Positions 16,123 to 24,815 of a DNA stretch of 64,000 nt are shown one piece after another. The first letter of the stretch is position 1, and each line of letters begins with the position of its first letter. Source of the DNA: Prevotellaceae bacterium (GTDB lineage: Bacteria; Bacteroidota; Bacteroidia; Bacteroidales; Paludibacteraceae); assembly GCA_031271005.1 (NCBI GenBank), contig JAISWT010000111.1, positions 3,428 to 67,427 of the forward strand, read 5' to 3'. The notes beneath the pieces were generated by a model. It had not been told where the DNA came from. It was given only the letters and a program-made list of their open reading frames with translations, and made no database searches. The position numbers and the translations under genes are program-made.

Positions 16123-18603
16123 TTACGGAATAATAGCGCTTGTGTTACAGTTTGCAGCCGCCCAGTCTATCGCCCATGCCAGCGCGTTTCCAAAGAGGAA
16201 ACTGTTTTGTACCATATTGCCGCCACTGTAAGGTTTCTCTTTCGGCGTATTGTCCGAATTAATCTGCAAGGGGTAAATCGTTGTACTGCTTACAGAGGCT
16301 GTAGGGTGTCCTGCCAGCCAGCCCGAATCGCAAATATACAGGAAGCCTTTGGTTTCATGGCGGAACGCCCATACGTTGCCTGTCGACTGCACTTTTATCA
16401 ACGATTTTAATGGCGCAGACACGGTTGGCTGTTGAACAGGCATCGCATTCGCCACGTCATTGCCTATGGCTTTCCCTCGCAAATCCCCAAACTTACCGTT
16501 AGTAACGGGGTCGTCTATACTTTCCACAGTATTAATATATGAGTTGCCGCCGCCGCCTAAACCAAGAGGCAGCGTGACGCCGCAAATTTTGTTTATCAGG
16601 TCTTGTGCATAATTCGGATATAATTCCGAAGAGAAAATCAACGCGCCGCCTTTATTATTTACAAAATTTGCAAGAATTTGGCGGTCGCCTTCCTGATTTG
16701 GCTGATAGTTGTATCCCACAACGATAATATCAATTTTATTGTTATTTATAAGATTTCTCAGGGTGCTTGTACTGGGCGTTGTGCCTCCGTTGAATGCTTT
16801 GAGCGACTGTACGCCAACTGTTCCGTTAGGACCAAAGTTGTTTGCCGAACTCCACAGTTTGCGTGCATTATAAGTAGCGCTGTAACCGCTGTACGGGTCG
16901 CCGCCAAGGAACAGAATGTTCATTGAACGCTGTACAAAATATACCGTTTGCGAGTTGGTTACAGATGAACCGCTTGGACCTGTGTATGAAAGGGACACAG
17001 ATTTAGGACCCGAACTTGCAGGACGATTGGTTGCAGGGTCAACAGGTTTCAATGTTATGGTAGAATTTCCTGCATTAACATTGCCCTGACCTGACCACGT
17101 AACGCCATTTACGGTTGTCGTAAGGTTGTATTCGCCTGCCATATCCACCTGAACGGAAAGCACCATATCGCAAGGCGCATCTACGCCGCCCGGAAAAGGA
17201 TTCATAATATACTGATTCTGATTGGAGAATGTAGTAATAGAAATGTTGCGGAACGATGCTGTTGCAGGGGCAACGGTAACCAACTTCGGATAGGCGCACT
17301 TTTCGTAACCACCTTTGGAACTGGCAATATTAATGGGAAATTCACCCGCCTGATTCGGCTTCTGACCAAGCGTTACCGGATAGAGCGTAACAGTGTTGGG
17401 ACCGCTATTAAGCGTTACTTCGCCCGGCGAGCCTGCCGCGCCTGTAGAGAACGATAGTCCTGCAAAGTTTGCAGTAATCTGCGTTGTGCCGCCTGTAGAA
17501 GCAGTTACAGGAAGCGTAATTACAGAACCGTCCGGAATAGCCACGCCCTGCTTTAGCGTTCCGAAATTACCCAGTGTAATAGCCTGACAATCTATGCTAA
17601 AAGCAACTTCTGCCAGCGTAATGGTCAGCGGATAAACGGTGTTACAGAGGTTCGCGCCCACCGAAGTAACCTGAAAGGTGTTAGTATGCGGGCTGTTACT
17701 GGTCGCCTTTTTGCCTGCCACTACAGGAATATTTACCATAACCGTTTGCGGAAAATTGCCGTTAGGGTTATAGCCCGATGCCTGTGAGAGTTGTCCTGTG
17801 CCGCTAAAATCATATCCGTTTATTTCGGAAGTGGTAATAGTATACGGACCCGGTTTATTAACCTGCAATGTAACTTCGGCATAATAGTTAGGATTAAACT
17901 CCTGATTTATGGGCCATGGCGTAGATGGAATTTGCTTTGCTCCGATAATACAGAAATCGGGCGTGCCTTCCTTAATCTCAAGCGGGAAGTCGCAAGTCTG
18001 TTCCATTCCGTTAAACACAAATTTGATTATGTTTGTACCCGCAACATCGGGCATTCCTGCGCCCTGAATATTTACCGTATATGTTCCCGTGCGCGGAAAA
18101 GTGCCATTGGTTGAGAAATAATAGCCGTTGCCATTATTTTCGCTTGTTGAAGCGGTAATGCTGTACGTGCCGGGCGAGGTAACATCAATTTTGACCTGTA
18201 AATAGTTGTTTATACCAAATACTTGATCTTCGATATACACGCCAACGGCGGTAATACTGGTACATTCTATTGTTCCCACAGCGGGAGGCGGCGTTCCGCA
18301 AAGCGAGTACCAACTGGAGGAAGATACCTTGTAATAGTTGAAACAGCCTGTCTGCATATTATACAGCGTTAACCCGTCCGCATCAAAGGGGTCGCCAAGA
18401 GCGTCTAAACCATTTAATACTACGTCGCCAAGCGACACGTCTGACGGCGCTTGAGGAAGAATAACGCCTTTATCGGAGTTCGGGGCTGTTATATGCAATG
18501 CGGAATTGGGACTTGGAACTTCGGTGTTAATGGCTACCTGAGCATTAACGTTACAAATACTGAAAAGAATTATTATTATGGATAAGATTTTTTTTGTTTT
18601 CAT
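16123..18603 (-). CDS. Large secreted repeat-module protein of uncharacterised family (paralog B)
   Basis: 826 aa. Signal peptide ..CNVNA/QV, head VAINTEVPSPNSALHI..DGLTLYNM..CFNYYK..WYSLCGTPPPAV, modules ..IDVTSPGTYSITA..YYFSTNGTFP.. and EINGYDFSGTG..GYNPNGNFPQTV. C-terminus GGALIFSSE..GFLYICDSGWLAG..FLFGNALAWAIDWAA matches paralog A. Confidence 0.85.
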   Translation of the reverse strand: MKTKKILSIIIILFSICNVNAQVAINTEVPSPNSALHITAPNSDKGVILPQAPSDVSLGDVVLNGLDALGDPFDADGLTLYNMQTGCFNYYKVSSSSWYSLCGTPPPAVGTIECTSITAVGVYIEDQVFGINNYLQVKIDVTSPGTYSITASTSENNGNGYYFSTNGTFPRTGTYTVNIQGAGMPDVAGTNIIKFVFNGMEQTCDFPLEIKEGTPDFCIIGAKQIPSTPWPINQEFNPNYYAEVTLQVNKPGPYTITTSEINGYDFSGTGQLSQASGYNPNGNFPQTVMVNIPVVAGKKATSNSPHTNTFQVTSVGANLCNTVYPLTITLAEVAFSIDCQAITLGNFGTLKQGVAIPDGSVITLPVTASTGGTTQITANFAGLSFSTGAAGSPGEVTLNSGPNTVTLYPVTLGQKPNQAGEFPINIASSKGGYEKCAYPKLVTVAPATASFRNISITTFSNQNQYIMNPFPGGVDAPCDMVLSVQVDMAGEYNLTTTVNGVTWSGQGNVNAGNSTITLKPVDPATNRPASSGPKSVSLSYTGPSGSSVTNSQTVYFVQRSMNILFLGGDPYSGYSATYNARKLWSSANNFGPNGTVGVQSLKAFNGGTTPSTSTLRNLINNNKIDIIVVGYNYQPNQEGDRQILANFVNNKGGALIFSSELYPNYAQDLINKICGVTLPLGLGGGGNSYINTVESIDDPVTNGKFGDLRGKAIGNDVANAMPVQQPTVSAPLKSLIKVQSTGNVWAFRHETKGFLYICDSGWLAGHPTASVSSTTIYPLQINSDNTPKEKPYSGGNMVQNSFLFGNALAWAIDWAAANCNTSAIIP

Positions 18604-18681
18604 TATTATTTTTTATTAATTATTATTATTTTTTTTAAAAAAAATGACTGCCTGTAATTATTATCCGAAAGTTTATTTAGC

Positions 18682-18721
18682 GGAGACTTCTAAAAATCAG
18701 ATTATTTTCAGGAGTTCCCTG
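18682..18721. repeat. Dispersed ~40-bp motif, copy i
   Basis: ggagacttctaaaaatcagattattttcaggagttccctg. Its left half recurs at 18960, 20779 and 28766 (rc), and its right half at 5763-5779. Confidence 0.75.
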
Positions 18722-18959
18722 TTGTTTAATTAACAAATAATTATATAACCAACCGCTACGACACGATAATTATGTCTGTTGTAATAAATACGGTTGCCGT
18801 CAGATAGTATTCGGCATTTCATTAAGATTGAAAATTGTTTTTACAAACACATGTAATTTTACCGGGAATATGCGCTGCACTATGTTTTGTACAGTCCCGC
18901 AATTCTGCGCAAAAAACAATATATGCGCAATATTGCAAAACCTGTTGGTTTTAATTTAT

Positions 18960-18997
18960 GGGAACTTCTAAAAATCAGATTATTTCATTAGTTCTCT
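18960..18997. repeat. Dispersed motif, copy ii
   Basis: gggaacttctaaaaatcagattatttcattagttctct. Confidence 0.7.
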
Positions 18998-19063
18998 CAT
19001 TTTTAAAAATAAATTTCGCCTTTTTGCTGCAAAATTTCAAAACGCGCCGTTTCCAAACCTTTT

Positions 19064-19684
19064 TTATGACTGTAAAATTACGGAACGTGGTGCAGGAGGC
19101 GGTAAATTACCCTGTGCAGAAGCAGTAGCATTGTTGTTAGAAAAGAAAAGGTAGTAATTTTTAGATAAGCGCTTTATGGGGATATATAAAGCATTAAAAC
19201 AGATATTGTTTTTATTTTTTATTATGTGTTTTTGCAGTTTCTTATTGCTGCTGTTTTGCGGAGGCAATATGCCTGTAATGTGAACTGTGCCGCCGCTTAA
19301 AGTCGCATTGTTAAAAGGCAAAAACAGATTGCAAACAACTTCTTTGTGTATCTTTTCGGCTTTTGCATCAGCCTCTGATTTCTGTTTGCGTGCATGGTCG
19401 TAAATTTTTGACTGAACGCCAGACAATGCCCTATGCTGTTCAATAACAAAGCGAATAGTTTTGTCTTTTCCTGCCGACAACTGTTGATTGTTGAAAATCT
19501 GCGCGTCTTTGCTGATAAAAACGGTAATGCTGTTTTCTCCGCTATCGTTATTTTCGATTTGCGCGAAAATATGAGCGAAACAAACCTGCAAAATACTCAC
19601 AACCGAAAGCAGTACAAAAAATTTGCACTGTATTACCAAATTTAAAAATTTTCTAAATATGTGAAACGGTTTTCTTTCGTTCAT
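19064..19684 (-). CDS. Small membrane-anchored/secreted protein of unknown function (paralog 1)
   Basis: 206 aa from the ATG at 19684 (the track ORF starts earlier at a TTG). Basic N-terminus, hydrophobic segment KFFVLLSVVSILQVCFA, and conserved blocks DAQIFNNQQL and NLFLPFNNA..ILPPQNSSNKKLQKHIIKNKNNICF..YLFFSNNN..QGNLPPP shared with 21209-21847. Confidence 0.7.
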   Translation of the reverse strand: MNERKPFHIFRKFLNLVIQCKFFVLLSVVSILQVCFAHIFAQIENNDSGENSITVFISKDAQIFNNQQLSAGKDKTIRFVIEQHRALSGVQSKIYDHARKQKSEADAKAEKIHKEVVCNLFLPFNNATLSGGTVHITGILPPQNSSNKKLQKHIIKNKNNICFNALYIPIKRLSKNYYLFFSNNNATASAQGNLPPPAPRSVILQS

Positions 19685-19779
19685 ATAAGTATTGTATGCG
19701 TATTCAACTGCTAACTCAACTGTTTTTTTTAACAAAAAAATATGCGAAAAACGTAATTAACAAGGTTTTATACAAATAC

Positions 19780-19882
19780 TGTTAGTAGTTGTTAGTTGTT
19801 AGTTGCTAATTGCTAATTACTAATTGCTAATTGCTACTTGCTACTTGCTAATTGCTAATTGCCACTTGCTAATTGCTAATTG
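19780..19882. repeat. Tandem heptamer arrays (GTTAGTT, then TTGCTAA/TTGCTAC x ~11)
   Basis: Read directly from the sequence. Confidence 0.85.
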
Positions 19883-19919
19883 TTTTCTGGGATGAGGGGT
19901 GAGGTATAAACATAAAATT

Positions 19920-20025
19920 GGCGTGGAACTAACCCTTCTGATAATCAGGTTTCCACGCCCACAACGTCCGATAAGTCGTTCCACGCCGCACACGCGGCAC
20001 CTCGCGAACTTACTCTTGACGTTGT
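19920..20025. ncRNA. Candidate structured RNA element or leader (strand unresolved)
   Basis: ggcgtggaa (19920-28) can pair with either ttccacgcc copy (19951-59 or 19979-87). Nested stems are acaacgtc/gacgttgt (19961-68 / 20018-25) and gccgc acac gcggc (19985-98). No family recognised. Confidence 0.3.
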
Positions 20026-20085
20026 TACTTAAATATAAGTTGTGGAATTGATTATCAAGAATAATGCAAAATGCTAAATTTTTAT

Positions 20086-20112
20086 CTTACGCACGCTTGC
20101 GTAACTCTTTTT
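20086..20112 (+). terminator. Terminator-like hairpin on plus strand
   Basis: ttacgca cgct tgcgtaa followed by ctcttttta. Confidence 0.3.
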
Positions 20113-20195
20113 ATCAATTATTTATTTGTAAAAATATAAAACAAATTGATAAACTTTTTTACTATATCTGCCTGTTTATAAGCACATTAGCGCGG

Positions 20196-20203
20196 CAAAG
20201 TTA
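20196..20203 (-). promoter_or_regulatory. Candidate -7 promoter box (TAACTTTG on minus strand)
   Basis: TAnnTTTG match 512 bp upstream of the 19684 start. The leader would span the structured region and the heptamer array. Confidence 0.3.
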
Positions 20204-20778
20204 CAAAACTTATTTGGAATAAATAATATTTTTTTAAAAAAAGTAACTTTTTTTTCTTAAAAGTTGTTTACAACAACGAGAGGGCGAGAAGGCGAAACCT
20301 GTAATTTCATGTAAATTGTGTTAATTCTATAAAATAAAAAAACTTAAAACTGAGTCAGGAAAATTGCACATCACAATCGTATATGCCAAACAGATACGCC
20401 TACCGCCGGATATTATTTGCGGTATTCGATTGATAATTAGGTATTATGTATCAGCCTGTTCGCTCACGAAATCCCTTAAATTATTTCGCAAACGACATAA
20501 CTGTATTTTAATTCCTGTTTTACTGTAAAAACAGAATAATGTGTGAAATTTCAAAGAACTCTTGTCATTTGTAAACTATCTTATGACACAGTTTTACACC
20601 GTAAGGTGCAAACGAACGTTTTAAGCAGCGAGAGCAGAGGCAAAACGCATATTGAGCGAAAGCGAAAAATAAGTTTTGGCTCTGCCGAGTCGCGCAAAAC
20701 GACTAAATTTATTGAACTGTTGTTACAAATTTGTAACTAACTTATGATAATCAATTGGGGAATTAATTTTTTATAAAT

Positions 20779-20806
20779 GGGGAGTTCTAAAAATTAGATT
20801 TTTTTT
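20779..20806. repeat. Dispersed motif, copy iii
   Basis: ggggagttctaaaaattagatttttttt. Confidence 0.6.
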
Positions 20807-21208
20807 GGGCAGACATATTTGAAAAAGCGCAAGTTTATATCGTGTAAATCTATGGTTTTTCAAAAACGTAGCCCCACAACAAAAAAAGCAATTTTTAGGG
20901 GTACATAACTGTAATTCCATTGGGGAATGCCAATGCCACACAATCCTGCAATCGCTGGTGCACAGTGATAAGTACGCAACCTTTTGTATACAAGTTAATT
21001 ATATTCAATAACCCGACTGTAATAAACAGATAAAACAAAGGATTGTACGGAGAAAATACTTGATGTTGCGGCGCACTCCGCGCCTCTTTATGAGTGGAAA
21101 TCACTCAACGTGGTATTTATTTTTTAAAGGCAGGAAAAACGGTTTAATTTTTATTGTTAGTGTTGTCTTTTTTTTGCAGCGCAAATATTATTCTGCGCTG
21201 CAAAATGC

Positions 21209-21847
21209 TCAAACGCGGTTTCCCAGTTTAATCACAAAGTTCACAGAGGTATCCGGGGGAGGTAAATTGCCTTGCGAATATGCAAGACCGTTGTCGTTAG
21301 AAAAGAAGAGATAAGTGTTTTTGGAAAGATACTTTGTTGGGATAGACAAAGTACTGAAGCAAATATTGTTTCTATTTTTGATTGCGTGTTTTTGCAGTTT
21401 TTTATTGCTGTTGTTTTGCTGTGGCAATATGGCTGCGTAACCTGTGCTGCTGCCAACGAAAACAGCATTGTCGAAAGGTAAAAACAAGTTGTAAGAACTT
21501 TCTTTGCAAGTCTTTTTTATTTTCGCATCGGTTTGCAGGTTCTGTTCATCGCATTTGCTTTGCACGTTTCTGTGAGTTCGCGAGCGCGGTTGTGCTTTGG
21601 ATTCATAAACAATGTGTACACTCCCGCCTCCGCCTGTCAGCAACTGCTGATTGTTGAAAATCTGCGCGTTTTTGCCAACATAAACGGTAACTTCATCCTC
21701 GCTTACACTCGCATCGTTTGTTTGCGCAGCAACGGAAGCAAAACAGCCTTGCACTATACTCACAACAAAGAACAGTACAAAGTATTTACTCCGTATCTTC
21801 AAATTGAAAATTTTTCCAAATATGTAAAACAGTCTGTTGCCGGTCAT
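21209..21847 (-). CDS. Small membrane-anchored/secreted protein of unknown function (paralog 2)
   Basis: 212 aa. The N-terminus MTGNRLFYIFGKIFNLKIRSKYFVLFFVVSIVQGCFA and blocks NAQIFNNQQL and NLFLPFDNA..ILPQQNNSNKKLQKHAIKNRNNICF..YLFFSNDN..QGNLPPP align with 19064-19684. Confidence 0.7.
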   Translation of the reverse strand: MTGNRLFYIFGKIFNLKIRSKYFVLFFVVSIVQGCFASVAAQTNDASVSEDEVTVYVGKNAQIFNNQQLLTGGGGSVHIVYESKAQPRSRTHRNVQSKCDEQNLQTDAKIKKTCKESSYNLFLPFDNAVFVGSSTGYAAILPQQNNSNKKLQKHAIKNRNNICFSTLSIPTKYLSKNTYLFFSNDNGLAYSQGNLPPPDTSVNFVIKLGNRV

Positions 21848-22038
21848 ACGATAAACACGAGATTTTTTTCAACTGCCAACTTTACTTAAATTTACAATTG
21901 TTATGCAAACTTCCGACTGAAAAGAAAAAAGAATTATAAACAACTTTTTTTATCGACTTTTAAACTGCATATTAATTTATAAAAATGTGATAATCAGTGT
22001 TTTAATGCAAATTTTATTTTCAATAAATTCAGTCGGTA

Positions 22039-22046
22039 CAAATGTA
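22039..22046 (-). promoter_or_regulatory. Candidate -7 promoter box (TACATTTG on minus strand)
   Basis: TAnnTTTG match 192 bp upstream of the 21847 start. Confidence 0.35.
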
Positions 22047-22450
22047 CAACATAAAATTGAGAAAAAAAATTTTTAAGGTAATTTTTGCTAAATTATTTTT
22101 ATGTTTTTTAAAAAATATTAATTCAAAGGTTACATTCTAACGGAATACAGGTTTTTGATTAATATTTTTTTCTACGAAACTCCATATCCTAACAGATTGA
22201 AACACAAATTCTTCCGTTAAGAAATTAATATCAGTTTTCAGAATGTAGTTATTATTCACTGTTCGCTGTTTCGCCTGCAAAGGCGTTATTCTATTGATAA
22301 TCAAACTATTACAAATATAAATCAATATTTAACTCAAAACTGCTAAATTTCATTTATAAAAAAAATGCGGGCAAAAAAAGAGGGTTGAAAATCTCTCGAT
22401 TTTCAACCCCACACATATTACATCTACTGGTACATAATGTCGTTCACTTC

Positions 22451-23914
22451 TTATTCGTTGCTGAAATGGAACTCAGCACGCCTGTTGATTCTGTATTTCG
22501 AAGGCGGTTCGAGCAGTCGTCCATTGCCGTTTGCAACGATGCGGTCTGCACTGATTCCATATACTTTAACGAGTTCCTCTTTGACGCGGTTAGCGCGGTT
22601 GACACTCAACTGTTTGTTGTACTTGTCGCTGCCAACGTAGTCGCAGTAAGCGCGTACTTCGCACAACACGTTCGGGTTCTGCTTCATCAGTTGTGCTGCT
22701 TTATACACTTCCTGCTGTGCCGTTTCGTCAAGGTTGTACTTGTCGAAGTCGAAGAACACTGCCGGCAACTGGTCAACTTTGCCCTGTTCGCTGATTGTCC
22801 GTCCGTAGAAATCCACAAGCACATTAGGTGGTGTGTTGGGTTCGAGGTCGCGGATGTTTGGCACTCCGTCTCCGTCATCGTCTGGCCCGTCAGGACTCAT
22901 ATATTCGCGCAGTTGGTCTATGTCGCCTCTGATAGAATCAATCTGGTCTTGCAGATTGCGAATTTCGTCATCGTAACTCTTTGGCATAACAGTTTGCTTG
23001 CGCAGCGCTTCTTGAGCGGTAGCAAGCGCTTCGTTATCGTATTCGCGCCATGTTATATTACGTGTGTGCGGACGCTGCGAATTAAATTTCCAGCGCAGAT
23101 TTACAAAGCCTGAAGCGATAAAATCGTTTGTAACGCCGCCATAATTCAACCCCAATCCGCTCTCTAATTTCTCTTTGCTGCCTTCCAAATCGTCGCGGTT
23201 GTAAGAGGTGTAATTAAACTTCAACCCTAAAGCCAAATTCTTGGTAAAGTTGTACTCTATGTTCACACCAACGGGTACAATTACTGCCCATGCATTATGC
23301 ACATCGGCGCCGTGGGCATCCAAGAAATATGTACTTGCATCATCAATCTGTGGCTGGTCGGCATGGTTTGCACCGGCGCTCGGCGCAACGATACATTTGT
23401 ATCCTTCGGCGCCCTGCTGCTTGCTCGTGCGTTGAAAGCCCCAATAGTCTACATTAAAATATGCAGCGCCCAAGCCAATGTTAGCCCAAATACCCCAATG
23501 TGTTGTGATATTTTTGTTGAAAACGCGCAGCAAATTGGCGCTTGCAAACAAATATCCCTGATGGTGAATACCTTCAGAAATTTGATACTTGTTAGCTTCT
23601 ATTTCTCTGTAGCGAAGTTCGCTGTTTGCCTGAACAGGCAAGTAGTAATACTGCAACCCAAGACTGACGGTCGGGTTAAACGTGTGTTCCAATGCCACAC
23701 CACCCGACAGTTTTCCACGAACAGACTCGAAGAAATTCTTATCGTATTGAGTTACATCGCCATCGAAAGCGTTCAGACCACCTTCCAAACTAATGGACCA
23801 GCGCGTAAAATCAAAATAACTTCTGTATTTTACCTGACTGGTATTTCCGCTGGTTTGTGCCACAGCAGCAAGCACAAAACACGACATCAAGAAAACTGAA
23901 ATACTTTTTCTCAT
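22451..23914 (-). CDS. OmpA-family outer membrane protein
   Basis: 487 aa. Signal peptide, beta-barrel-like N-terminal half, thrombospondin-type Asp-rich repeat DDDGDGVPNIRD, and a C-terminal OmpA domain (FDFDKYNL..LSVNRANRVKE..NRRAEF). Confidence 0.88.
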   Translation of the reverse strand: MRKSISVFLMSCFVLAAVAQTSGNTSQVKYRSYFDFTRWSISLEGGLNAFDGDVTQYDKNFFESVRGKLSGGVALEHTFNPTVSLGLQYYYLPVQANSELRYREIEANKYQISEGIHHQGYLFASANLLRVFNKNITTHWGIWANIGLGAAYFNVDYWGFQRTSKQQGAEGYKCIVAPSAGANHADQPQIDDASTYFLDAHGADVHNAWAVIVPVGVNIEYNFTKNLALGLKFNYTSYNRDDLEGSKEKLESGLGLNYGGVTNDFIASGFVNLRWKFNSQRPHTRNITWREYDNEALATAQEALRKQTVMPKSYDDEIRNLQDQIDSIRGDIDQLREYMSPDGPDDDGDGVPNIRDLEPNTPPNVLVDFYGRTISEQGKVDQLPAVFFDFDKYNLDETAQQEVYKAAQLMKQNPNVLCEVRAYCDYVGSDKYNKQLSVNRANRVKEELVKVYGISADRIVANGNGRLLEPPSKYRINRRAEFHFSNE

Positions 23915-24084
23915 AAGTTCAATAAATTTTTGTTATTTTTCAATATCATTATGTTAAATTATTATTTATCAGTTATTTCCCTAAATTAAAGAAGTGTAAA
24001 AACACCTGATTTTATCTCTCGGCAAAAACCGTACCAAATTTTTTCTTACAAAAAATAATTGGTTTCTGTTCCGCAAATTCGATG

Positions 24085-24092
24085 CAAAGTTA
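24085..24092 (-). promoter_or_regulatory. Candidate -7 promoter box (TAACTTTG on minus strand)
   Basis: TAnnTTTG match 171 bp upstream of the OmpA-family gene start. Confidence 0.4.
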
Positions 24093-24243
24093 CAACTTTT
24101 TTATTTTCTGTCTAATTTTTTTAACATAAATTTTTATTTTTTTTCCTTAAAATGTCATGCCTAAACAGTTAAATTTTTGATATTCAATGATTTATATTGT
24201 AATTTTTTTTCAAAAAAAATATTGCATTTTGAATAAAAAACAT

Positions 24244-24251
24244 TAATTTTG
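24244..24251 (+). promoter_or_regulatory. Candidate -7 promoter box (TAATTTTG)
   Basis: TAnnTTTG match 19 bp before the ATG at 24270, implying a near-leaderless mRNA. Confidence 0.5.
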
Positions 24252-24269
24252 CGCAAATTTTTATCATAT

Positions 24270-24815
24270 ATGAATAAAACATCTTACGAATTTGACGAGG
24301 TAATAAAAACTTGCCGCTCTGTTTTTGAGAAAAAACTGGTTGATTATGGGACTTCGTGGCGCATCATGCGTCCGCAATCGGTTACCGACCAGATATTTAT
24401 CAAGGCGAGCCGCATTCGCAGCATCCAAACAAAAGGCATGCAGCGCGTTGCCGAAGATATTAGAGCCGAACTGATTGCCATTGTGAATTACGGAATTATA
24501 GGGCTTATACAACTTGAATGCGGATTTGCAGACACAGCAAAGGATATGAGCAGCGCCCGCGCTTTGACCTTATATAATAAGTACGCCGAGGCAGCGAAAA
24601 AACTTATGCTTGATAAAAACCACGACTACGACGAGGCATGGCGGCTAATGAGAATTGAATCGTACATTGATGTGATTTTAATGAAAATTAACCGTACAAA
24701 AGAAATAGAAAGCAACGCCGGACAAACGCTGGTGTCCGAAGGAATTGACGCTAATTATTACGATATGATAAATTATGCAGTATTTGCACTGATAAGAAGC
24801 GATATTAGTGGTTAG
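24270..24815 (+). CDS. DUF1599 domain protein
   Basis: 181 aa from the ATG at 24270 (the track ORF begins at an upstream TTG). YGTSWRIMRP.S.TDQIFIKA.RIRSIQ and NHDYDEAWR.MR resemble the Bacteroidota DUF1599 family. The TAG stop lies in the first TAGTGGT repeat unit. Confidence 0.7.
   Translation: MNKTSYEFDEVIKTCRSVFEKKLVDYGTSWRIMRPQSVTDQIFIKASRIRSIQTKGMQRVAEDIRAELIAIVNYGIIGLIQLECGFADTAKDMSSARALTLYNKYAEAAKKLMLDKNHDYDEAWRLMRIESYIDVILMKINRTKEIESNAGQTLVSEGIDANYYDMINYAVFALIRSDISG

Noticed and set aside
21173-21203. Hairpin tgcagcgca-N10-tgcgctgca just after the 21209 gene as its intrinsic terminator.
   Set aside because: On the transcribed (minus) strand the stem is followed by an A-run and preceded by Ts, the wrong polarity for a rho-independent terminator. 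It may still be a stability element.
19736-21208. Small ORFs in the spacer between the small paralogs (20543-20740, 20895-21104, 21060-21314).
   Set aside because: They are short, have no promoter or family support, and overlap each other or the 21209 gene. The region is better described as non-coding.
22385-23113. Long antisense ORFs inside well-supported genes. Examples: 22385-23113 opposite the OmpA-family gene, 37972-38721 opposite GH28, 26095-26757 opposite the saccharopine dehydrogenase gene, 5829-6530 opposite murF-alr, 14686-15354 opposite paralog A, 41509-42108 opposite glnN, 1353-1946 opposite korB, 27365-27931 opposite greA.
   Set aside because: These are shadow ORFs on the opposite strand of genes with clear family signatures. 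Their translations are low-complexity or Cys/Arg/His-rich with no recognisable motifs.
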